Shown here: piece by piece, positions 28,873 through 37,300 of the stretch
Numbering within the stretch: the stretch's first letter is position 1
How the letters are laid out: the number at the start of each line of letters is the position of its first letter
Assembly (NCBI GenBank): GCA_001800745.1
Contig: MGVZ01000029.1
Span: 9,133-73,132 of the forward strand
DNA: 64,000 nt
Reading direction: 5' to 3'
DNA from: Euryarchaeota archaeon RBG_16_67_27
GTDB lineage: Archaea > Thermoplasmatota > Thermoplasmata > RBG-16-68-12
Notes under the pieces: generated by a model
Database searches by the model: none
What the model saw: the letters and a program-made list of their open reading frames with translations, nothing else
What the model was told of the DNA's origin: nothing
Program-made: the position numbers and the translations under genes

Positions 28873-31800
28873 AAGAAATCGTCAAGCTTGAGCGCCTGGA
28901 CCTTCTCGTTCGTGAAGAGGGATGTGATCGCCTCCTCGACGAGGCCGATCCGCTGCCGCAGGTAGTTCGAAACGTCGTACTGCTGCGTGATCTTCTTCGT
29001 GACCTCGAGGTACTTCTTCACGGAGCTCTCGTGGACGGTCAGCGTGAGGTTCCCCCCGCACGACGGGCAGCGGCCGCGGAGCGGGATCCGGCGGTACTTC
29101 TCCCCGCACTTCGTGCACCGGACCTGCTGGCTCGAGAACGCCTTCAGGTTCCCGATGAGGTCGGGGAGGAAGTGGTGCACGACGATGCGCGAGACGACGT
29201 CGTTCGCGTCCACCGCGCGGATCTTTAGGGCGAGCTCGAGCTGCTTGTCCATCTTCTCGATCATGGAGCCCTCGACGTAGGCGGATTCGAGCGGCCCCGC
29301 GGCCACGTCCGTGGTCTCCGTCGTGTAGCCGAACCCCTCGTACTGGAGGACGCTCCCGATCCGCCGGCCGACGGTGTCGACGAGCGGCTCGACCTCCTTC
29401 GGGTGCGCGAAGCGCTCCGCGCCCTCGTAGAGCGCGAGCGGGTACACGGGCGAGAGGTCGAGGTTGTGCGCCTCCTTGTCGATCTCGTTCGGGTCGATCT
29501 GCAGCGTGAGGACGAGGGGCGCGTCCATGAGCCCGCCCCGCTTCGCCGGCAGGAACGACCGGGAGAAGTTGACGAGGCTGTCGAGCAGGAGGATCACGGA
29601 GTCCTCGTCCCCGTCGCAGTTCCGGCGACGCGCCGCGATCAGGTACGGGTGTGCGAAGCATGCGCGGGCCTTCGTGAAACCGACGATCCGCGCGAGGACG
29701 CCTCCGCTCGTGTGCGGGGCGAGGGTGAGAACGAGGTGGCCGAGGAGGTCCTCCCGGCTCGACGCGCGGTAGAACCGCGGGAGGCCGTACACCTTCTCCA
29801 GGAGATCGTCGACGAAAGCGGCGACGTGGACGAGGTAGTCCCCGCACGATTCCGCGACGAGGATGTCCTGCGTCCGGAGCTCGAGGACCTGGTCGTCCCG
29901 TTCGAGGGGGGCGCCGCGGGCGTCCCTCCCGTACCCGAGGCGCCGCGCGGTCGCGACCGAGATTTCCGCCTCCCGGGGAGTCACGTGGGTCAGGGGCAGG
30001 TTCGTCATGTCGTACCGCGTCGTCCCGTCCTTGAACACGAAAATCCCGTGCTTCGCTCGGAGGATGCCCTTCTCGAGCGGCTCCGGCGTCTTCGTCTTCG
30101 AAATCATCCCCTGGACCGCCTTGATCTCCGAGGGCATCGGCTCCCCTAGGCTCTCGAGCGCGATGCGGAGGACGTCCGCGATCGGGATTCGCTGCCGCGC
30201 GGGACCGTTCCGCGCGACGGTATGTCCGCCGCAGGAGCACCGCGGGAGGAACCAGCGCTTCCCGCACGCGGTGCAGATCCGGAGGCCGACCTCGACCTCG
30301 AGGACGTCCCGCTTCGCCGCCTCCGTGAGAAGGCGCTGGGGGCCTCCCTCGAGCCCGATCGGGAACAGGGAGTGGGGCGCGGGCTGCATCTTCCGGGGCG
30401 CCGCTTTCTCGGGCCGAGCCATCCGGGCGCCGATGCGCGTCGGGCCCCTTGCCTTCACGGGGAAGCCCGCGAGGCTCGAGACGAACGCGAGCGGGTCCGC
30501 GTCCTCGGGTGCGCCGCGGGCCTGGAGCCCGTCCCGCGTCCGCTCGATCCCGAGGCACGCCAGGAACGCCTCCGTGTGCCGGTCGAGGACGAGCCGGTCT
30601 TCCCGGACCCCGTGCGTCGCGCCCAGCCGCACGAGGAGCTCCTTCAATTCCTCGTCCCGTCGAAGGGACAGACGTCCCTCGTCGAGGCGGCCATCGTCCA
30701 CGGTCGCCTGCCGGAGCCGCTTGAGCTCCTCGACCGTGAGGTCGTGCCAGAACAGGTTGTACCGCGGATGGAGAGGCACCTGGAGATCCCGCGACCATGC
30801 GAGCGCCTGCTCCGGGGTCGTGGACTCCCAGCCCCGCGGCCGGGTCCCGAGCTTCGCCTCCAGGATCTGCCCGTACCATTCGAGGGAGAACGCGCCGGGG
30901 ACGAGGAGGTGGTTGTTCTCCAAGAACTCCCCGAAGGGGATGAGGATCTCCCCGAGGTCCGCGATCACACGCACGGACGGCCCGAGCCGCTTCGCCATGG
31001 CGACGTCGGACACCTCGACGAAGTCCCCGGAGTCCAGGACGACGAGGGGACCCTCGATCCGGTCGCACGGAGTGACGGCGCCCGCTTTCCCCGGGCGCTC
31101 CGTCTTGATCTGCGTGCCGACGGCGATGAAATCGTCGAGGATGTGCATCGTCGCGGGGTGGAGGGCGAGCGCCGCGAGCCCCGTCGCCCGCGTCCGTCCG
31201 TACCTGAGGCGGAGGCCGCCGGGGCGGCTCGGATGGCAGAGAACCGGCCGTCCGGCGACGATGTTCTGGATGAACTTCTCGCTCGGCTCGAGGCCGTGGT
31301 CTTCCGCCGCCTGGTCCGGGTGGTCGGCCTTCCCCTTCAGGTACGCGTCGAGGAACTCCCAGCCATCGATCCGGAGCTTCGAGACGTGCTTCTGGATCTT
31401 GGGCGCCTTGAGGCACATCCCGTCCGCGATCACGAGGCATGCGCCGCCGCGGATCCGGTTCGTCTCGATCCGCGGGAGGTCCCGGTGGCCGGAGATCTCC
31501 GCGTCCTCCGTGCCCTCGCCGTTCAGTCCCACAGGGCAGTTCGCGGCGATGAGCTCGATCTCGCCGTCCGTCGGCGTGTACTGGAGGTGCTGGATCTGCT
31601 TGTAGAGGGGGATCTCCTCCTTGAACCGCTCGACCTCCGGGCGCGTCGGCTGCCACCGCCCGATCCCGAGCTCCCGGCGCACGACGTCCGCGATGAGCAC
31701 GCTGAGCGCCTGCCCCGTCCCGCCCGCGGACCGGATCGGTCCCGCATAGAACAGGTCGACGTACGTCGAGCCGTCCGCGTTCCGCTTCACTTTGACGTCC

Positions 31801-32183
31801 GCGAGACCTTCGAGGGGTGCGACGAGGATCCCCTCCGTCAGGATCGCGAGGCCCACGCGGACCGCGCGTTCGACCGCACGTTCCCGGCTGGGCGCGGGCC
31901 GGCGAGCCATCTCCTTCGCGACCACGATCGCGAGTTCCTCCCGGTCATGTACCTTCGCGAGCTCCCGGATCCGCCGGGCGACGCCCTCGACGTCGTAGTC
32001 CTTCAGGAGCCGCTCGACGCGGGATGCGAGGTCCTCCGTGAGCGGCGTCTCCACGTCGAGCTCGGGGTCGAAGCCCTTCGCTCGCGCGGCCCGCGCAACC
32101 CGGTAGCATGCCTCGACGCCCTCCCGGAGGCCGTCGAAGTAGCGGCGGGCATCCTCGGAGACGACAACCGAACCCAATTCCAT
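28869..32183 (-). CDS. polD: DNA polymerase II (PolD) large subunit DP2
   Basis: 1104 aa from MELGSVVVSEDARRYFDGL. It contains the zinc-finger CPxCG modules and conserved DP2 catalytic regions. The 80-aa N-terminal extension in the track ORF is likely spurious. Confidence 0.9.
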   Translation of the reverse strand: MELGSVVVSEDARRYFDGLREGVEACYRVARAARAKGFDPELDVETPLTEDLASRVERLLKDYDVEGVARRIRELAKVHDREELAIVVAKEMARRPAPSRERAVERAVRVGLAILTEGILVAPLEGLADVKVKRNADGSTYVDLFYAGPIRSAGGTGQALSVLIADVVRRELGIGRWQPTRPEVERFKEEIPLYKQIQHLQYTPTDGEIELIAANCPVGLNGEGTEDAEISGHRDLPRIETNRIRGGACLVIADGMCLKAPKIQKHVSKLRIDGWEFLDAYLKGKADHPDQAAEDHGLEPSEKFIQNIVAGRPVLCHPSRPGGLRLRYGRTRATGLAALALHPATMHILDDFIAVGTQIKTERPGKAGAVTPCDRIEGPLVVLDSGDFVEVSDVAMAKRLGPSVRVIADLGEILIPFGEFLENNHLLVPGAFSLEWYGQILEAKLGTRPRGWESTTPEQALAWSRDLQVPLHPRYNLFWHDLTVEELKRLRQATVDDGRLDEGRLSLRRDEELKELLVRLGATHGVREDRLVLDRHTEAFLACLGIERTRDGLQARGAPEDADPLAFVSSLAGFPVKARGPTRIGARMARPEKAAPRKMQPAPHSLFPIGLEGGPQRLLTEAAKRDVLEVEVGLRICTACGKRWFLPRCSCGGHTVARNGPARQRIPIADVLRIALESLGEPMPSEIKAVQGMISKTKTPEPLEKGILRAKHGIFVFKDGTTRYDMTNLPLTHVTPREAEISVATARRLGYGRDARGAPLERDDQVLELRTQDILVAESCGDYLVHVAAFVDDLLEKVYGLPRFYRASSREDLLGHLVLTLAPHTSGGVLARIVGFTKARACFAHPYLIAARRRNCDGDEDSVILLLDSLVNFSRSFLPAKRGGLMDAPLVLTLQIDPNEIDKEAHNLDLSPVYPLALYEGAERFAHPKEVEPLVDTVGRRIGSVLQYEGFGYTTETTDVAAGPLESAYVEGSMIEKMDKQLELALKIRAVDANDVVSRIVVHHFLPDLIGNLKAFSSQQVRCTKCGEKYRRIPLRGRCPSCGGNLTLTVHESSVKKYLEVTKKITQQYDVSNYLRQRIGLVEEAITSLFTNEKVQALKLDDFF

Positions 32184-32313
32184 CCCTTCGAGAAGGAGGC
32201 GGGCGGCCGTATCCGGCGCGCGGCGTATATGCCTTGCGTCCGCGCGAGTCGTGGTCTCGCGCAAATTCACGGACGAAGCTTTATTCTCGACGGGCGCGTC
32301 CTGCGGTCGAGAG

Positions 32314-32652
32314 ATGCTCGAGGTCCGGTCGCCCGAGGAGTTCCGGGAGCGCGTGCTCGAGTCGGATGCGCCCACGGTCGTCATGTTCTGGGCGACGTGG
32401 TGCCCGTTCTGCCGCCGGTTCAAGGTGGAGTTCGACCGCCTCGCGGAGCGGCTCCGCGCGGAGTTCGCGAGCGTCTACCTGGACGACTACGAGAGCCCGC
32501 TCTGGGAGGACTACGACGTGAGCGTCGTGCCCACCCTCGCCCTCTTCCGTGGCGGCGAGCTCGTCGATCGGGAGGATGGCGTCCTCGGGTACGGGATCGA
32601 CCGCGCCCGGGCCGAGGCGTTCGCCGCCCGCGTGGCCCCGCGCCTCCCGTGA
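32314..32652 (+). CDS. thioredoxin-fold protein (WCPFC active site)
   Basis: MLEVRSPEEFRERVLESDAPTVVMFWATWCPFCRRF. A TATA-like ctttattc lies about 40 bp upstream. Confidence 0.75.
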   Translation: MLEVRSPEEFRERVLESDAPTVVMFWATWCPFCRRFKVEFDRLAERLRAEFASVYLDDYESPLWEDYDVSVVPTLALFRGGELVDREDGVLGYGIDRARAEAFAARVAPRLP

Positions 32653-32718
32653 CGTCTGCTCTCAACCCCGATTTTCAGGTCGCCACGTATTTAATGCGCC
32701 GTCCTCGATGGAAACGCC

Positions 32719-33585
32719 GTGCGCAAGCTGAAGAGCGGAATCTATGGACTCAACCCGCTCTTGGACGGAGGCGTGAACGAGAACTCGACGACCGTCGTCA
32801 TCGGCCGCAGCGGCGCGGGCAAGACGACGTTCGCCACCCAGTTCATCCGCCGCGGGCTCCAGGACGGCCAGGAGGGGATCTTCGTGAGCCTCGACGAGAA
32901 CAAGGAGCAGATCATCCGCGAGGCCGTGGAGATGGGGTGGTCGGACATCCTCGACTCCCTCGACGACGAGCTCCTCGTGTTCATCGATGCGTCCGGCCGG
33001 GAGTTCTCGAACTTCATCCGGAAGGAGCTCCCCGCGTTCGTCTCCGAATGGAAGGGGAGCAACGCGCGGATCGCGATCGATCCCCTCACGCCGGTGATGT
33101 GGTCCACGAAGGACCTGTACGAGCAGCGCGACCTGATCGGCTTCATGCTCAAGCAGACGCGGAAGGTCGGGACGGTGCTCTGCACCCTCGAGGAGCACGG
33201 GCAGGCGGATCTCGCGGGCGCAGAGACCGTGATCCCGATGTACCTCGCGGACTGCGTGATCCACCTGAGGCTTGACCACGACGAGTCCGCCCCCTCCCGC
33301 ACGCTGAAGATCATCAAGTGCCGGAACAGCCGCCACAGCCAGTCCCGGCATGCATACCAGATCACCCGGGGCTTCGGGATCATCCTGGAGGGCATCGAGA
33401 GGCGCAAGGTCGCGACCGCGAAGGTACCGAGCCAGCTCCGGCAGATGCTCCTCACCCGCGCCCTCCCGAAGTCCGTCCTCGAGCGGCTCGAGAAGGCGCT
33501 CGAAGGCCTGACGGACGAAGACTTCCGCACGCTGAAGCCGGAGGCGCTCCTCGACCTGATCCTCCAGGAGTACCAGGATGCCTGA
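32719..33585 (+). CDS. RecA-superfamily KaiC-like ATPase (single domain)
   Basis: Walker A VVIGRSGAGKTTFATQF and a KaiC/RadA-like core, 288 aa. It overlaps the downstream gene by 8 bp. Confidence 0.8.
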   Translation: MRKLKSGIYGLNPLLDGGVNENSTTVVIGRSGAGKTTFATQFIRRGLQDGQEGIFVSLDENKEQIIREAVEMGWSDILDSLDDELLVFIDASGREFSNFIRKELPAFVSEWKGSNARIAIDPLTPVMWSTKDLYEQRDLIGFMLKQTRKVGTVLCTLEEHGQADLAGAETVIPMYLADCVIHLRLDHDESAPSRTLKIIKCRNSRHSQSRHAYQITRGFGIILEGIERRKVATAKVPSQLRQMLLTRALPKSVLERLEKALEGLTDEDFRTLKPEALLDLILQEYQDA

Positions 33586-34282
33586 GGGCGGCCGGCGGAT
33601 CGGTCGTGCGATGAGCGCGGCGCTCGCCCACGGCGACCCCGACGCGGGGCTCGACCTCGAAGGGCCGAGCCTCGCGAATGCGCGACGCCGACAGGTCTTC
33701 CGCTACCTGTGCATGCGCCCGTGCGCCCGCGTCGGGGAGATCGGACGGGCGCTCGTTCTGTCCCACGCGACGGTCCGGTGGCACGAGCGGAACCTCCTGG
33801 AGACCGGCTACCTCGAGGTCGACGGCGCCCTCGCGTTCCCCTCGGGCCTGATCGACCCCGCGGATGCGGAGCTCTTCCATCTCCTCACGACGCCGGCCCG
33901 CGACGCCGTTCTCCGAGCGTGCGTCGACGACCCGGGCGTTTCGTTCCAGGAGATCGGCGTCCGCGTCGGCCTGACGCGGCAGAGCGCGAGCAAGATCGCC
34001 GCGGAGCTCTCCGACGCAGGCCTCGTCGCCCTCGTCGAGGACGGCCGGTACCGGCGGATGTACCCCTCGGACGCCCTCGAGGCGAAGCGCGAGAGGAACC
34101 GGGCGCGGATCGCCGCGTTCGTCGACCGATTCCTCCGTCGGCTCGCGGACGACGGGCTTTCGCCGGAGCTCCTCCGCCGGGACGAGGCGACGCTCCTCGT
34201 GCGCCTGGGCGCGGGACCGCATTGGGTCGTGTTCGATGTGCCCCTCGACCCGTACCTCACGGGATGGGCCCCTCCCGCGTGA
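33578..34282 (+). CDS. winged-helix transcription regulator (two wHTH-like segments)
   Basis: RRQVFRYLCMRPCARVGEIGRALVLSHATVRWHERNLLETGYLEV and a second repeat VSFQEIGVRVGLTRQSASKIAAELSDAGLV. It is translationally coupled to the KaiC-like gene. Confidence 0.65.
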   Translation: MPEGGRRIGRAMSAALAHGDPDAGLDLEGPSLANARRRQVFRYLCMRPCARVGEIGRALVLSHATVRWHERNLLETGYLEVDGALAFPSGLIDPADAELFHLLTTPARDAVLRACVDDPGVSFQEIGVRVGLTRQSASKIAAELSDAGLVALVEDGRYRRMYPSDALEAKRERNRARIAAFVDRFLRRLADDGLSPELLRRDEATLLVRLGAGPHWVVFDVPLDPYLTGWAPPA

Positions 34283-34321
34283 CCCGGACACGTTAACGGA
34301 TTCGCTAGCCGCCTTGATACG

Positions 34322-34345
34322 CGAGATATAACCCCCTTTAAGTAG
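34322..34345 (+). promoter_or_regulatory. BRE/TATA-like element (gagatataacccccctttaagtag) upstream of the giant surface-protein gene
   Basis: AT-rich motif 25-40 bp upstream of the ATG at 34367. Confidence 0.45.
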
Positions 34346-34366
34346 GGCCCCAACGGCATCTGCGGA

Positions 34367-37300
34367 ATGGACGAGAGCTACCTCGAGTGGCTGGACGCGG
34401 CCGCGGGGCTCGGGCCGGAGAAGGCGCGGTGGATCGCCGCGCGGTTCCCGACCTTCGAGCACCTGCGTCACGCCACCCGCGAAGAGCTCGCGTCCGTCCG
34501 TGGCCTTGCCTCGGCCGACGTCGACCGCCTTCTCGAGCTTGCGCGCGGCGGCTCCGACCGGGACGAGGGGGGCCACCTCTTCCTTTGCCCGGAGTGCGGC
34601 TCGTTCGCTGGGGCGAACGCGGCGAACTGCCCCGTGTGTGGCGTCGCGTTCTCCGAGGAACCCGACGCCGCCCAGGCCGCGGACGCGATTGACAAATTCC
34701 TCGAAGAGGAGGAGCGACCCCGCCTCCTGTGCTCCTCGTGCGGGGCGGCGATGGCCTCCGGCGAGACGCGGTGCGGGATCTGCGGCCGCGCGTACACGAA
34801 GGAGGAGGCCGCGATCCTCCCGGGGCTGGACAGCTTCGTCCGGGAGACCGCCCCCCTCTGCCCCCATTGCGGCGCCTATCTGCCCGACGGGGCGACGGAC
34901 TGCACGATCTGCGGCCGCGCGCCCGCGGCCCCCCAGGAGGCCGCAGGGAGCGCACACAACGGCCACGGGATTACCCGCGGCTTCCTCGACCGCTGGCAGA
35001 AGGTCGCGGAGACCGCCGACCTCTCCCCTCAGGACCGGCTCACGGAGGAGCTCGCGTACTGCGAGCGCCTCCTCGAGGCGGACCCCGAGATCGAGCGGAC
35101 CTGGGTGAAGAAGGCCCGCATCCTCGAGGGGCTCGGCCGCCCGCGGGAGGCGGCGGACGCGCTCACCCGAGCCGCGCAGCTCAACCCCTCGAAGGAGGTC
35201 GAGTACCGTCTCGAGGTCCTGAACCTGCTCAAGGCCGCGGGGGACGCCTCCCCGGTCGTCGCGCGGTGGCCCGAGCAGCCCGAGGCGACGGCCCCGCCGC
35301 GCGAGGACGCCCGCCTCCTGGACACCTTGCACCACTACGAGGACCTGCTCCGAGTCGACCCGGACCTCACGGTCGCCTGGCGCACGAAAGGGGAGATCCT
35401 CCAGCGTCTCGGTCGTGACGAGGAGGCGCAGCGCGCGCTCGATCGCGCGGATACCGTCGAGGGCCGGGGGGACCGCGGCCTCCGGGATGCCGCCGAAGGA
35501 CTGCGGAGCCACGGGATCGAGGCGATCCCGCCGGTGGGCGCGGGCCGCACGAACGGCCGGGTGAACGGCCGCGTGAACGGTCGTGTGAACGGTCGTGTGA
35601 ACGGGCTCGCCGGAGGACGTATAAACGGTCTCACGAACGGCTTGACGAACGGCCTCACGAACGGCGCGGTGAACGGGCTTACGCTGGGTGTGGGGGCGAC
35701 GAACGGCCTCGATGGATGGACGGATCGCGGCGGGCGGACGAACGGCCTCGTGAACGGGAACGGCTTCACGAACGGACGGCGCGGACGCTACCCGGCGATG
35801 CGCGTCCGGGCGCAGCCCCACTGGGCCCGCTCCGTGGTCGGGATCGCCGCGGTCGTGGCCCTCATGGTCCTCGCCCCGGTCCTCGCGAGCCTCCTCTCCC
35901 CGACCCCCGTCCCGCCTGAAGGGATCCGGATCGACGGTCGGTTCGACGACTGGCGCGCCCTTGCCGCCTACGCGGACTCCCCGGCGGACCAGACCGCGAA
36001 CCCCGACGTGAACCTCCTCGAGATGAAGGTCGCCCCGACCGCGGACGGTCTCCTCGTGTACGCCCGGGTGCAGGGGATGCTGTTCCGAGGCGCGGGGACG
36101 AACGGCACGGACAGCCTGCACGTCTTGATCGACGAGGACGCCGATCCGACGACGGGCTACCCCTTGGGAGGGATCGGAGTCGACGTGCGTGCGGATGTCT
36201 ACGGCTGGTCCGACGCGATCTACGGGAGCGCGCTCAAGGCGTTCAACCGCTCCCAAGGCCCGACGTCGGAGGACTGGAACCGTTTCGACGTCTCCGGGAC
36301 GGTGTCCGCAGCCTCGCTCGGGCCTGAGGTCGAGCTCGCAATCCCGAGCCTCCGGGACCCCGAGCGCGCGAAGGTCCTCGTGTACCTCGCGGACAATCGC
36401 GGGCGTCGCGACCCGGCCGACGGCGTCGTCCGAGCGGATCGGCCGACCCTCGCGATCGACGAGCAGGGGGTCGCCCCTGAGGTCATCGTCGCGACAAACG
36501 CTCTCGTCCTGCGGGCCAGCCTCACGCCCATCGGCGGTGCGCCGAACGTCACGTCCGTCGACCTGGCGCGCCTCGGTTCCTCGACCGATCCCGCCACAAT
36601 TGTCGCCTACGCGGACGACGGCGACGGAACCTTCGACGCGGGGGATCCGGCCCTCGCGAGCGTCTCCCTCTCGGGCGCGACGGTCTCCCTGTCCGTCAAC
36701 CTCTCCCTGACGGCGCCCGCCCTCCTCTGGTTCGAGGCCCGGTGGACGGCGATGACGCCCGCCTCGACGTTCGGCCTGACGGTCCAGGGTCTCGGTACGA
36801 ACGGGACCTCCGACGTCCGGAGTTCCGAGCCCGTGCTCGCGTACCTCGCTGCGCCTCCCGCGGGTCTGGTCGTCGACGGGGCCTTCGGGGACTGGTCCGG
36901 CCGCGCGTACGGTCAGGACCTCATCGGCGACGTGGCGGACCCGCTGGGCGCGGTCATGTACGACGCGAACGTCGACCTCCTCGCGACCGCGACGGATCTC
37001 GGGGCGAACTTCACCGGGTACGCCCGGGTCGACGGCCGAATCCTCGGCGGGGAGGACATCCCGTCGCTCCGCGCCCGGTACGTGACCTCGACGACGATCG
37101 ATTCCGACCGCGACAGCGTCCCCGATTCCGTGGAGATCCTTCTGCCGAACCGGGACCTCCGGTTCGACTTCAACAACGACAACATCACGGACAACCGGAC
37201 CTCGGGGGACGTCGACGCGGACGGCATCCTCGATTACGGGGAGCCCGGCGGGACGGACCTGTGGCTGAACACGACGATCCCGGCCTGGTATCCGGCCCCC

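Noticed and set aside
35549-35779. Possible CRISPR array or mobile repeat
   Set aside because: The period is 12 nt, in-frame and within a coding region. There is no spacer/repeat architecture and no cas genes. It is a coding tandem repeat.
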